A DNA stretch of 63,998 nt, filler included, from Porpidia crustulata (GCA_964255105.1; 6 parts of 6 records of this genome joined end to end with filler, not necessarily neighbours in it); one strand, 5' to 3'; positions 1-15,956 are shown, counted from the first letter of the whole stretch. Numbers and translations are program-made. The notes: generated from the sequence alone by a model not told the origin.

Positions 1-395
1 ATTTTGAGGTTGTGGTGGTAGAGGAGGGAGAAGCTGTTGCGCTGCTGGCGATGCTGCTGGCTGACGCGGTTGCGCTGCTGGCGACACTGGTTGCAGAGGC
101 TGTGGCGCTGTTGACGACGCTGGTTGCAAAGGCAGTGGCGCTATTGACGATGCTGGTTGCCGAGGCTGTAGCGCTCGCGACAACACTGCTTGCTGATGCG
201 GTGTCGGCTGAGGCTATCGCTGGTATAGAATATGGAGCTATCTAAACGGAAAGAAAAATGTAAGCGATTGGGGTGGAGGTAGCATCGACGAGGCGGAAGA
301 ATGACGTAGCAAGGATGAAATGTTGGAAAAGCTTTAATCTCACTCACGGTCGCAACAGGCACCCCACCGGCCAGTACAGTACTCCCTTGACTCAT
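1..395 (-). CDS. 5' part of a Ser/Thr/Ala-rich repeat protein (truncated at window edge)
   Basis: Exon1 395-348 (MSQGSTVLAGGVPVAT), GTGAGT..TTTAG intron 347-242, exon2 241-1 open: IAPYSIPAIASADTASASSVVASATASATSIVNSATAFATSVVNSATASATSVASSATASASSIASSATASPSSTTTTSK. Confidence 0.65.
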
Positions 396-1299
396 GGTTC
401 AAGTCACGAATGGCAATGTGTACTGCAACGTTCTCCAAATGCACGGAAATTTATGATTGATCAAAGAAGCGACGTCCACAGCAGGACAATTGCTCGGCCC
501 CATCCATTTTCGAAGCTGAGCAGCCCTTCCCTGCATACGTACTCGAGCGTAAAGAGAGTTTCATGGACCCGACATGATCTTCATGTGAAGCCGAGATCTG
601 CAGCTATCAGATCGGCAGCACCAATCAGATTCAAAGTTGAGAAACTCAGTCTTAACCTGTGTTTTGCGTTGACGAATGGGGTTCGGTTCGTTCTGAATTC
701 CGATGGAACATTCGAAAAACACCACTCGAGCAGGTGTCGGTGGCTTGCATCGTGGGGGGGGCCTGTCGCGTGCGACAGTAAACCTACTGTAGATGCCCAC
801 ACGTCCTAAGAGTTGGGTCGATTAGGTAGGTGGGCAAGGTATGTAGGTAGGTAGGCAACTCTATTGCGCTTTCGCAAGATAAGAAACTGGAAGGGGAGGG
901 AGGCGAAGTAGAATGATGGGATGATTGGATTAAGGATAATGACGGGAATGGATTTGGCGGGCCGACCCAAAAAGGGTGAGAAGGTTACTTAGCTAAAGCT
1001 TCAAAGTATGTAAGCGACCTACATGACTATCATGCTTAGTCTTCAACCATTGAAACCAGCAAGGCTCCTACACACCCTCCTCAGTCTTCAAAATACTAGC
1101 AGATACGTCTTGTGCATCAACATGCTCGTCTACCTACCTCAGCTATCTTAACATCGCCGCCATGTATCAGTTAGCTATGTTACATGGACTCGGATCAACA
1201 TCTGAGGATCTGGCGCATTCTGGTCCCTCACTGAGCAATGCCTTGACAATGGCAGATGGCATCTAACGACTACCTATGCACGTAGACACGAGGCTTGAG

Positions 1300-4200
1300 G
1301 TTATTAAATTTCTTTCATTACGGCGGCGACGCTCCCTACAGTGCGTTGTTCTGACTCGTATATTCTCCGACTGCATTGCAAGGGGATTCAAAATCATATC
1401 TCAGACTTCGCTAAGCTTGTCCTTGAGAACGCTATTTGCTTACCGATCCGGTGCATCGCTAAGAATCCGGGCAAGACACTCTGAAAGATGCAAACTTTTC
1501 TGCCTGAACATCAGAGTGCGTGAGAAAAGCTACCGAGCATACATCTGCTCGGGTAATTTCGCCTCAGGAAATTTCCAGGGACGGGAAGACAGAGAGATGA
1601 CCATGAGATAATGCCTGCCAATTTTGTGGTCTTTTCAAATCTCCAATCAGTCCCAACCCAATCTGCAGGATATGTTGGGGTTTGCATCGGAAGACCGCGT
1701 GATCTATGCGGCCACGTTGAACCTTTGAATGAACCTTTTCGTCCTGTGGCTAGAGCTAATTCTTGAGGTAGCAGCCGGAAGTAACACTATCAAGCTTGTG
1801 ATGAATGTAATTTCCTCCACCAGCGTCTCTGTCGCTGTCACTGTTCTGGGACTAAGCGTCAAGTACGAAAGCCAAATGAGAAGCAATTAACCTCAACCGA
1901 TGAGTTCGATATTGACTTCTCGTGGGCAGTACAAAAAACATAGCTGCCTCAGATCAGCTTGCTCCACGTTTTGTATTTCTCATACATGTAGATCTTCGGT
2001 TTTGCAGGTGCTTTTCAGTTAATCATGCGAGGCATCGTTTGGCTCAGTCATCGGCTCGAAGATCCTGAAACAATAAACCTGCCAAAAACATCAAAATTAC
2101 CTCATAAATCCACTTCCACATGCTGACACCGTTCATTACCTACTCCACAGCGTTTTCAGAGTCTGATTGGCTTGTTCTAGACGTCAGCAATAATCCCTTG
2201 AAGTTAGAGATCGAATTACTTCTTCAAGATCCGAGTATGTATCTAATCCAAGATACCACACAGCTCCCACACACAGGCAGAAATGAACGTGGAAAGTGCA
2301 GCAAAGCATCAAAGGCAGCGAATATCTAGATAATCAATTGATCAAACATAAAACAGAAGCTTTTCATTGCTCTTCAACGGTGACGTGTTCCACTCCAAAG
2401 TCAATTCGAAGTCCTCAAGGAGGCTTTGCGGTTGTATCTAGGATGTCGGAGAAGTCTATTGACTATCATCAATCATCTTGTCACAACATATGAGTATCCC
2501 TTGACCGTCGCTACGCCAATTCGTAGGGTGAAAGGTCACAGACGGGCAACTATAGCTGCAAAATTGAAGACCTGGCTTCCGTGCATATGTAGGAAGAGAG
2601 AAGTTTCAAATGTGTTGTTTCGCTCTTTTGCCCCCGACTTGTACTGATGGTATGAAGAAGTGTACCGATTTCAACTTTGACTGGGTCGACAGGTCAGAAT
2701 CACATAGCCCAAGATCACGAGAGCTTTTGACTGCTCAATTAATTGTGGAGCTGGTTCATTCCTAGTGTAGCGCCTCGAGTCAAGAAAATCCGAGTTGGTT
2801 CCTGGTGCTTCAACAGCACGACCAGCTAAGAAACGGCACGGTTTCCACTTCGTTGTTGCGAATATGACGTAGGAACGAGCATTATGATTCTGGCATGATC
2901 ACTTGTAAGGGAATTTCATCTCCTACGACTCAAAGTGCAGAGCCATGTAAAAAGTACACTTATCAAAGCCAACTCTATCTTCAATGAGCCAGGACCAGGG
3001 TCAGTGCTTGTGCGTCTCCACATGCAGGGACAAAGTTTTACTACTGAGAATTACCCAGAGTATTGGAACGAGACCACGCATAGCTAGTCGGAGGATTCCA
3101 ATTCACAAACGAACGTGGTCGCAAAACACAGGTCTACCTCATTCAAATCGTTCTCGTGCACATGAGGACCATTGGCGTGCGACTGGTCGAGGATTACAGG
3201 GGCACACGTCTTTGGGAGTACGGCATGGCCCTGACGTAGATCCGAAAGGAATGCAATGCGCAATTGGTGGGAGGTGGACTGTGGACGGTGGGCGCCGGAC
3301 GGCAACATGCATGATAAGACCTTCATCCGGGACGAACTCCTGGCCTGGGCTACTCCTCTTCAAGACTCAAGTTGCGGCGTTTGGATCCCGCCTTTGGCAG
3401 CTGCATACCTCCGGCTTTTTGATAGGAGAACAACATAGGGTGTGGTTGGTCAACAGCTATGATAGCCCGGCACTTGCGACAAATACGCTGAGGTTACTGC
3501 ACTTCTGCCGTTCTTGGTGTGTTGACATTGGTGTCTTCATATGACGTTCGTCTTCGATCAACCAGGCACGTGGAATCGGATCGACGACAAGCAAGGTAGA
3601 TATCCTCTTCTCAAACGACGGAGGGAAACTAGACATGCGGGGGTGTGCCCGAGCCCTTTCTCAGAGTCCGGTCGTACACAACGATCTAATCGCGATTGGT
3701 TCGTTCAATCTTTATTCAATTACACTTTATTCTTCAATCGTAGATTTATTGGTCCGAAACATTTGCGCGAATCTGTCATTTCCAACACCAAGTCTGACGA
3801 CCTGGGAATTCAGCGGGGATTTCTTTTTGGCTACACCAAGTAAAAGAAGGTTGCGAATATCTCATCGCAAGAAGGAGTAGCGCGTGGCATTTGCGTGGCG
3901 CAATTGTCAAATTTCGCTATCTAGATGATGACGACTGGCTAGCTCGTCCTCCAATTCCCAGCACTTACAGCTAGCCGTTGTTTTTGGCTTGAAGGAATGT
4001 TTGTATCTCAATCGTCGGATTGGCTGACTTTGTCTCGAGAATTCGTGGAGGGAGTGGGATCTTGAGGCTGACTCCACCACTACGTTATGTCTGGGTCATG
4101 TGGCACATGAGATGACACGGTTGATACGCAGCTGAATCAGATTAAGCATTGGAGAATAGGTAGGTAGGAGTGATAGGTAAATCGATAGGATATCTTCGGC

Positions 4201-5149
4201 AAAGGGCGAAAAGAAACAGTTCCCCCCAGGTTCTGCTATCGCCCAAAGAGGAGTATCGCCTCGAGTCTCCGAGGCATGAGATGCCTGATAAAAACATCGA
4301 AACAAGTCAATACATAGCGGAAGCGGTTTCGGTCACCATCCACTTGAATACGATATATTCCTCGGACCTGCGATCGACAGAGAACAGTCCTCGGGCAATA
4401 TAGGATGCACTCAGGTTTTCAACGTTCGATGTACAATCGAGGTCTGGTACGATGGTTGCAAATGGCGTGATAGGCATGACAGCGATCACCAATAATGTAT
4501 AAATTCACACAGCAGTTATTTGACGGCCGACAATGCGCCACATGGCGAGGTGTCAGAACTAATTGTTCCCTTGCGTTGAAGGAGCATCTTTCCACCTGTC
4601 CCTGGATCTCAATGTCGGGGAGAGGTAAACCAGTTATTCACCTAGACTTTAAGATGATAGTCGCGACTTGAGGAGATCAATGTTTGTATTCAATCCGTCA
4701 GATCACGCTGCGATCCGTACCGCAATGCGGATGCTTCTCTGAGGAAACCTGGCCAAGGTGCCTATCATAAGTCTTTTTGAAGCCATCTTAGTAGCCTCTC
4801 GGGCAAGCTGCCGCTCATACCACAATAGTCTAGTGTGCAAGGGAGGGCCTGCAGTTTTGGTCGGCACGGAAGAGAGAGGTGCATACCGTGCCATGCGGCC
4901 ACAGAAGTTGAACGATGATGCAGCGCCGCGAGGATGGAATAATTCCAACAATCTCGCAAGTTTCATGTAGTGTCTCAGACCCTTTTGACCTGCTATAATC
5001 GCGAATGCAGGACCTGCAAGGTGATCTTCTTCAGCATCAACACCTGGAGTGCGCACATGGTTGGGAAATGACTGTAATATCGACTCGCTAGCAGAGCTGT
5101 ACCTGGAGTACAACTTACAGACAACTTGTTGCTGCAGGGCATCTATCAT
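1300..5149 (-). pseudogene. Possible large degraded gene relic
   Basis: Long minus-strand frames with sparse in-frame stops (e.g. RPWKFPEAKLPEQMYAR*LFSRTLMFRQKSLHLSECLARIL near 1580-1470; a long stop-punctuated frame ~3200-2500). No family recognised. Confidence 0.25.
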
Positions 5150-6262
5150 TTCACCGCAGTCAGTCTGCAGATAACTATACGGTACTGCTCAGTGCCTATC
5201 ATTACCGATCAAGATGTACTGAAGAGTCGTTAGCTCTCATTTGCGCATGCTCTCTTGCTGATGCCTCGTCCTCAGGGCTTTGAATGTCGCGATGCTAAAA
5301 GCGAACAAGCCAATCACCGTGAGGCAAAAGCCACTCTTGCTGGGTGCCACAAGATTCTAGCCGTCTTAGTGGTGGGCCCCTCTTGGGATACGTCCATCCC
5401 CTGGCTTCCCAGCCCTCTCCTTAATAGAGTTTTCCACATGCCCCGGCATCGCATGGCTTGACTAGGAATTCAAAAGGCACTAAAACAGCCGACCAAAGCG
5501 GATTCTTGTCCAGATCAGAGCTACTGTAGTTCGAGCAGGTCGAATGGCTGGATGCTTGCAAGTAGTTGCAATTTCTAGAAGTCCAAGGCTCCCAGCGCAA
5601 GTGGTGCGGTAGCGTCATCCTACCTGCATCGCGCTACCATTTGGCGTTGCATAAGGGAGGATTCAGGGAGGATTCAGTAAGAGGGCTGCCGAGAGTACAA
5701 GCCCTAGAGAGGGTGAGAGGGTGTATGAGTGCGTAGCAGGGTACTAGTCGTGTACGGTGCAATCGGTACGGGTGACTTTCTAGTTTGAACAAGCCTATGG
5801 GGCTAGGGTGCGACGCCGACAAGACGAGATGCAGTCCCGCACAATTTTGGGTGATAGCAGTCGTAGTACGGGACCGGATGAAATAATAAATAATGTAGAG
5901 TAGTAGCAATAGTAGAAGTACTGCCCCCAATACTAAACGCATCTACTGTTTGATCATTATTACCTCGAAATTGGCACGAGCAAATTACCTTCTCGCAATT
6001 TCTCCATCTTGTTGCCCAGTGCTCTTCTCGTATTGCTTACTCCTGCACTACTCGACTGACTTGCAGCCCCAGAGTCCAGATACAGCCAGCAGAGACACAG
6101 TGCGCACATCCTCCACACTGGCTGGCTAGCTGGCTAGGTGTACATATTATTTATTGTACAAATTTCATTAATCGTTACGGATTACTACGACTTACTACCA
6201 CTAGACATCTGACCTAATAATACACCATCTTGCCTTACCGTGGCTCTCCTTTCTCACCTTCT

Positions 6263-9200
6263 ATGTCGTCGAACAACCTCTTGTCTACTCAGCGCCCCGG
6301 TATTCAGTCACGACAAGGAAGCAGCTACCAAGGTCAAAAGCAAAAGGTGGTCAATCTGACAGAATTGGGACTACTGCCAAGGAAAGCAGCTGACAGACCG
6401 TCGATCAAACGAAGTAAGTAACAATAATCAACCTCTCAGTCATGTTCTCTTCACCATCCATGTATGATTTGTATGTTAGACATATCCAAGACAATATTGT
6501 TTGTGACCAGACCCTTGGACTACGGTATTGTCTTTGAAGGAACATTGCACTGACTGACCGGTGTGTCACTAGACCTTTCGTCCCAAGTAGCAATCCGCCC
6601 CGCATATACCACTTCTAAGTCAAATCAATCCGCTGCGAGACCCACGTATAATCGTCAGATTTCGAATATCTCCACCCATTCGCCTTCTGGACGGGAACAC
6701 CCGCCCGTATATCCTGCACCCACCGAGGAAGCGAAATCGAAAGGCAAGTCGTTGTTGAATCGCATTGCGATTCAGCAGCGAGCACGCACTCCAAATCCGA
6801 TATACAGCAACGGCGTCCAGACATCATTCAATTGGCGATCCGGACGTCCGATGGCGGGTATGTTGGAAATCGAGCGGTCGCGAACACGACGGGAGAGAAC
6901 ATTCATCGGAAGCGAGTGCGCTGTGTGCGAAGAACCCTTGGAGCATACGCTCCGGGGTGAACGGATTCTACAATTTTCCTGTGGCCATGTCTCGCACGAG
7001 GCATGTTTCTACGAATACATCAAAGAATTCGAATCGCAGTACTGTCCAACATGCAACGCACCTCTCGGACTGGATACCAGCAGAGGCGGGAACGTCTTAG
7101 ATTTAGGTAAAAGAAGCCTGTGAGTTGTAATGTTCTAGAGAACTAACGTTCGCTCAGAGAAATTGAGCAGCATTGTGCGCTCTGTCTCTTTGAACAACGA
7201 AGCCCGGGAGCAAAACCAACGCAGTACTCAAAATACACCTGTTCCATGGGATGGCCAGCCAAACCAAGCGCGTCCTAAGAGTCGGGAGTCGATGCACCGT
7301 AATACGCAGCGCGATAGTAGGGACTCGCAACCACAGCAACGAGAGAGGGATGTGAGGGAAGCACAACGGGAGCGAGTGGAAAGATACGGAAACTCGCCGC
7401 GGCAGCCACATGCAAGGAATGGAAGTGGAAATACTGCCAACACTGGTGTCACATCTACTGGAGATTACGCTGAGGCCCCGAACACCAACGGCGGAAGAAG
7501 GCATGATTACGATGTGCAATCGATGGAAACCAGCATCAGCAGCCCAAGAGCGAGCATCATAAAGAACCCTATACCAGCGCCAACGGTCACGGTTCGAAGC
7601 GAGTATCCTACCCTGAGTCGGTCACGGCAACAGCAAAGTTTGACGTGCTTAGTGACCATTGAAGTCCCAGATGGCAAATGGAGTCCTGACCCGGCAGATT
7701 TACGTGGCGCGCCTGTCCTACCGTCCATGCAACAAAACAATACCTATCCTCGAGCTCGATCGCCTCCGCCAGAACGGCAGGCTGATTGGCCTTTTGAGAC
7801 TTCTGAAGTATTGGAGGAAATCACCGAAGATCTTCGCGTGCGCGTAGATAACTGGCATGGCTTGGATTTTCAACGGCATGTATACTAGGATCTGTTAAGT
7901 GTTATTACGATAGCTAACCCGTGACAGATTTGGCAAATTACGTTTGTACGGTACTGTACGGGTTGGCAAAGATCGGCAGTCGTGGCAGGAACTAGAATGT
8001 TTCCTTTTCGCAGAAATGCTTATATGTGTAAAAGAAAAGAAGGGCGCCGCTCCACAGTACGCGGATGGTAATTCCAAACGCAAACTTACTAGATGCACGC
8101 TTAAGGGTTCGATACTGATAAAGAGGCACTTGAAGCATGTCGAATCCAACCCAGGTGCGTAGGACGCGGTTTGGACAATGGCATTGGGCTAATTATATTT
8201 TGTGCACAGATGAACCAGTCCTGACTCTCAGCCTCTCGGTACAAGACTTACAACAATTTCACTTACAGTTCCAAAGTCAAAATCAAGTGGACCAATGGAA
8301 ACGTTCGCTCCTCGACCTAAATGCCACGGAACAACCCAAACAAAGTAATGATTATGACCCAGACAACTCTGGCACCGATGAGGAAGACCGAACCACAAGC
8401 AAAACCAAGAGGGTGTCTTCGGTGAACTCATCTTATGGAGCTGGTAAATCGGTCAATACCGCGCCCACCGAGTACACGACTTCCGGAAAAGGCATGGCTG
8501 TGCAAGACGCGCATGTGCCGACTTCTATGCATGTACCGCTAGACATTGTCGTCGTTATTCCAGTTTCTTCGTCGATGCAAGGTCTTAAGATTACGCTTCT
8601 GCGAGACGCTCTCAAATTCCTCGTGCAGAATCTAGGGGAAAGAGATAGAATGGGTCTTGTGACTTTTGGGTCCAGCGGAGGCGGTGTGCCACTGGTGGGC
8701 ATGACAACCAAAGCATGGACCGGCTGGACAAAGATCTTGAACTCAATTCGCCCTGTCGGACCAAAGAGCCTTAGAGCCGATGTCGTCGAGGGTGCAAACG
8801 TGGCCATGGACTTGTTGATGCAACGCAAGGCGAACAACCCGATCGCAACCATCATGCTCATCAGCGATTCGTCAACATCGGACGCAGAAAGCGTTGACTT
8901 CGTGGTGTCTCGGGCGGAAGCTGCAAAGTTCGTATTTTCCTTTCCTTATTATTCGCTCGGATTTCTGGTTCTTAGATCTAGAAGCCTTGCCCTGCATGAC
9001 TGGAGTACTGACCGTTTTCCTTCGCCAGGGTTGCAATCCACTCGTTCGGCCTAGGACTAACGCACAAACCCGATACGATGATTGAATTATCGACGCGTAC
9101 AAAAGCCTCATACACTTACGTGAAAGATTGGATGATGCTGCGGGAATGCGTTGCCGGCTGCCTGGGATCAATGCAAACGACGTCTCATCAAAACGTCAAA

Positions 9201-10250
9201 TTAAAGCTGAGATTGCCTGAAGGTTCTCCGGCCAAATTCGTCAAGATTTCAGGTGCTTTACAGATCACGAAGCGCGCCACTGGAAAAGACGCGGAAGCCG
9301 CGCTAGGAGATTTACGCTTCGGGGATAAGAGAGGTATGTCTCGCGATTAGCGGCTTAATCTTACTGGTATATTGTGGCTTTCTAACCAAACACTTTTCAC
9401 TATAGACATTCTTGTTCAATTGGTCATCGCCCCCGACAATTCATCTCAGGACCACCTGCCCCAAGATCCATGGGAGACCATCGTCTCAGGTCTGGAGGCT
9501 CTTGGCGGGCCATTCGATTCCGATGAGCAACGAACGCTAAGCGTGGAGGAAGTACCTCTGATCCAGGCAGACCTGACCTATGGTGACATTCTCCGTGAGG
9601 GGACTCTGACACACCTGCCAAGACCTTCATTATTAGCCATCACCATGCTCCCAGCCAACTCACGGGCCAAATCAACGGCAAGGCCCATTACCCCCCCAAT
9701 TCCACCTCACCCTAGCATCGTTCAGCGGCGAATGGAGCTACTAACTTCAGACATGCTCACCCGAGCTCTGACTCTTGTATCGCGAGGACAACACGACCGC
9801 GCACACCACTTGCTCAAGGAGACAAGAAGTATATTGAAAGGCCTAGGAAAAGGCGGCCTCCCCCCAATCCCACATACAACACCGAGACCCCCTAGCGCTT
9901 CAGCTAGCGTTCACGGCGGCGAAGGCTCCGGAAGTCCTGAACGGCAACCATCTCCAGCATCCGACAGCAGCATGGCCCAAGCCTCTGGTATCGAGGCCAT
10001 CACCTTAAATTCACTGGACACGGAGCTCGAGGCATCTCTGGAATGGATCAACCACCCCGCTGTCTTTGGCCGTGACTCGAGGAAAGCCGTACTACAAGCT
10101 ATTGGGGTTATCGCGTCACAGAGGGGATATACCTTCCGCACGCCGGCGGAGAGCCTGTGGGCGGGCAGGATTACCGGGGTGAAGAAGTTGACGAAGCGTT
10201 CGAGGGAGTGGAGGGATGCTGGGGATGAGGCATTGATGGAAGAGTCGTGA
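6263..10250 (+). CDS. RING-H2 + PH-like + von Willebrand A domain protein (Far1/Ste5-type architecture)
   Basis: RING motif CAVCEE...CGHVSHEAC...CPTC; vWA core LDIVVVIPVSSSM...DRMGLVTF...IMLISD. Introns 6414-6572, 7107-7157, 7876-7927 (GC-AG), 8155-8209, 8928-9028 and 9334-9405 all keep frame. Confidence 0.85.
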
Positions 10251-10671
10251 TGCATGGGATAAGTGGGCTTGTATCATGTCGTTATGCATGATCTGGCATT
10301 ACGCCTTCCTCTCTTCACGTACGTGGAATAGTTCTGAAAAGGAAAACTTGGGGACCAGGCGAAGACCGGCAGCACCAGTGGAATCGCCTTATGATGTGCT
10401 CTTGATGAGACTAGGCGGTGCCTAAGGTCGCCTGCGCGAATAGAGACGAGCCGCAGCAGTGAGATGGCCGACGACCGCCCGCGCCACCAAGTAAACGACC
10501 AGCATTTATTTTACATATTCGATATCAAACATATTCTTTTCTCGGCGAGGAGCAGCGGCGGGGGCGGCGACATGGCTATTTGATACCCCGGTGCGGCTTG
10601 GCAGAATTTGGATACGGAAAACCACACGGCCGCGAATACGAGGACCACGGGATCCCGCACCATGAGACGGT

Positions 10672-10771
10672 NNNNNNNNNNNNNNNNNNNNNNNNNNNNN
10701 NNNNNNNNNNNNNNNTTAATTAATTAANNNNNNNNNNNNNNNNNNNNNNNNNNNNNNNNNNNNNNNNNNNN
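10672..10771. other. Artificial contig linker N44-TTAATTAATTAA-N44
   Basis: Six-frame stop spacer flanked by Ns. Confidence 0.99.
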
Positions 10772-10896
10772 TGCATGTTGAGAGTATCGAGCGAGGGATC
10801 GAGAGGTTGGAGGAGGGCAAGGAGAAGGCGAAGATGTTTGAGAGAGGCGATTTGGTGGGGAGAGACCGGGAGACGGGACGGGAGATTGAGGCGTGA
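10772..10896 (+). CDS. 3' end of an unknown gene truncated by contig start
   Basis: Open frame HVESIERGIERLEEGKEKAKMFERGDLVGRDRETGREIEA* running from the contig edge. Confidence 0.35.
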
Positions 10897-11310
10897 GGGT
10901 GGATTATCGATGGCAGTGAGATTCCTGGGCATTTAGTGGAGGGTGTTTATGGATCTGGCGTGTTTAGGGGTAGATTTGGAAATGTGATGGGGACGAAGAG
11001 CATATATCAAGCCATCTAAACGGTACGTATGGTGGTATGAGGGCAGGTAACAACAGGGGCGTTGGTAAATTGAGATTGATCGCAATTGGAACGTGATGAT
11101 GAGCAACTCATTCATTGACCACGACAATTCAATAAAACCTAGAAATCGCACCAAGTTCCGGAACACCGAGCCGGGGGAATCGTCGGATTTGTCTACTTGG
11201 AAGATCCTGTTGGGAGTGATGAGATAGCTATTGTCTCTTCTTTAAAGTAAGTAACAAGCGGAAAGGGAGTCAATTTCTAACCCCATCCTGACATCTCTCT
11301 AATTACTGAT

Positions 11311-13095
<1,785 letters not shown>

Positions 13096-14246
13096 TTACG
13101 GATTACATGGCTGTTTTAGGAACAGACTTTCCATTCGACGTCGCGCCTTCGAGCACGACCCTGAATAAGCGGGATGACAATTCAAGCCTAGGCGCGGAGT
13201 GTCTAAAGAGCGGCCCGTACTGTTAGCCTCTCATCCTCTCACCCTCTGTGCCTCTGTAGGCGTGCATTGCGTGTACGAGGAAGGTGAGGACGTGAGTAGG
13301 AGCGAGTCTCTGGGAGTTTCCTCCGCGAACCGTTGCCAATAATGCTAATTATTAACTAATACCGTATTTAACGGATGATTAGATATTATACAGCCTTTAG
13401 TCATGATAAATTTCGGCTTGCATGATTCCTATTGTCCTGCGCAAGAGGGACTACTGTTACTCATAGAGCCCTTCACGACGAGCCTCCGTACAATGATGAG
13501 TAGATGCCAACGACAGCGAGGGACTCGAGCTGTCATAGAACGATTATAAGTATGAACGCTTCTTGTGCGCCCAATTACAATGTGGTCTCTTTGCGCGTTC
13601 TTTTGTTTCCTGTCAAAACGATTTCGTCGCAAGCGACAGGGCATCAATGGGCATGTACCTCTAGGGCATCGAATCTACCCAAGCTAGTCTCATCTGGGAT
13701 TAGAGGGTTTTTGATGAGGAATCAAGCTGAACAAGCCGCACTTCTATCTGCACCCTTAATGTTGCAAGACATATCTGTCTAGGTCTACTAAGTCCTTAGA
13801 CACGTCTCCATGCCCCCAATGAGGTCCTAATATGAGTAATCTGGGAGCAAGCTTGCGCCGCAGCGCAACCTCTCTTGACCGCGTGCGTTTCACATTAGTG
13901 GCAGCAGTCATTTCACAATCCATGCTATCATGTTTCCAAATCGTCAAAGATTATGGGACGCTATGCATGCTTCAACATATTGGCACTACACATCAGGCTT
14001 CCAGAGCAGTGCTGATCAGCTCTGCTAATTGGAATATCGGCAGGATATTCGAAGCAGCTATGTCCAATTCCTTCATGCTATCCCCTCTCTGCTCGTCTTC
14101 CAGTCTATATATTACGCTCTCCATTCTCGCATTTCCTTTCGTTTTCAATCTCAACTACTCGACCGTACGCACTCAAAGGAGAATTAGGTATAATTCAATA
14201 AGAACCAAACTCTTTCACTTTAGCAATAGATAATATATCACCTTCT

Positions 14247-15956
14247 ATGGAGGAACGCAAGCCCATGGCATCCATGCCTGTCCATATGATGGAGCACCAT
14301 GATCCTGAGAACCCACAGAATTGGCCTGTAATCAGGAAGATTTACGCTTCAGCGGTTGCCATAGCCTTTACCTTTGTAGTGTAAGTTGCCTTGGTTCAGT
14401 CGTGTTCCTACGATGACGCTCATTTCACCATCAGTACTTTTGGTCTCACTGCATACACTGCCGGCATCTCTGGGGTGATGGCAAAATTCAATATATCTAT
14501 GACCGTTGCGATTTTGCCAATGTCGCTGTATGTTGTCGGCATCGCATTCGCGCCAATCATCACACCACATCTGAGTGAACGGTTAGGCCGGTCTCTAGTG
14601 TACTTCATCAGCTTTCCCATCTTCAGTCTCTTTATTCTTGGCTCAGGCCTATCAAATAGCTTTGCCTCATTGGTTATTTGCCGATTCTTTGCCGGATTCT
14701 TTGGCGGCCCTTGTCTCGTGCTCATTGAAGGTACTTTTGCCGACGTTTGGAGTGCCAACTCAACAGTCACCTACTACTCCTTCTTGAGTCTTGCTTCGTA
14801 TATTGGGGCTGCATGTGGTAATGATACTCTTTGAAGGATCCCATAGATATTCTCTAATACGAACCTACAGGACCGCTAATTGGTGGCTTTGTCTCCGCTG
14901 CAACAAGCTGGCGATGGACCCAGTGGATCACCTTGATGATTGCGCTTGCGGTATACCTGTTTGGTGTTGGATTTCCCGAGACTTACCCAAGAGAAATCCT
15001 TAGGAAGAGGGCCAGAAGAGCCGGTCTCCACCACAATCTTGCTCCTGCACTAAGTGGCGTATCTATCGGAGACATGGTACGAGTCACTGTTATCGATCCC
15101 CTCAAACAACTAGTCGCCGAACCAATTGTTATGCTTCTCAGCTTCTACCTGTGCTTCAACTTCGGTATCCTCTTCTCGTGGTTCATCGCTGTTCCGGCGG
15201 TTCTGCATTTGGTCTACAACTTCACGGTCCAGCAAGCCGGGCTAGCCTTCATTTCAGCAATCGTCGGATCGCTAACAGCCGCTTTGACTTCAATCATGGC
15301 CGATAGACTCGCAACCGCCAAGCTCGGTAAAAAGAGTCACGACGGCGGAGTCGTGGGTATGATCGATATCGAGTATAGGCTGATACCTGCCATGATTGGC
15401 GGTATTGGAATGACTGCCTCGTTGTTCTGGATTGGATGGACAGCAGACCCAACAATCAACTGGGCAAGTCCTGTCATAGGCACTGGGGTCTATGTATGGG
15501 GCAGCATGTGTATGCTTGTAAGTCTAGACCTTCGCATTCCCTTTCACACAGGGAAACGTGTTGAAGCAGCTCACTAATTTCTTCAAAGATCTCCTCTATC
15601 TCTTACCTCTTTGATGCATACCCACCACGAGGAACTCTATCTGCTCTCACTGCTGCTGCTTGTCTGCGATTGCTGCTTGCCGCAGCGATTCCCCTCGTTA
15701 TAATTCAAAGTATGTCATTCATCACTCGGAAACTCTATCGGCCACACATACTAATAATGCCACAGTGATCATGGGTCTCGGCGGTGGTTGGGCTTACAGC
15801 ACATTCGGCTTCATCTCCGCTGTAATGATTCCACTACCATTTGTGCTTTTCAAATTTGGCCCGAGACTACGCGCGACAAGCAAGTACAACAAGATTGGCC
15901 ATCCTGGCCATAAGACCAACGAATTCGGAGACCAGGATATGAGCTCACCAGCTTAA
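14247..15956 (+). CDS. MFS multidrug transporter, DHA1 family
   Basis: DPENPQNW, LSERLGR, CRFFAGFFG, PETY, EYRL, SYLFDAY motifs; four GT-AG introns keep frame. Confidence 0.9.

Noticed and set aside
12..245. Plus-strand hydrophobic Leu/Ala/Val repeat ORF
   Set aside because: Antisense shadow of the minus-strand Ser/Thr/Ala repeat exon, which has an ATG and canonical splice sites
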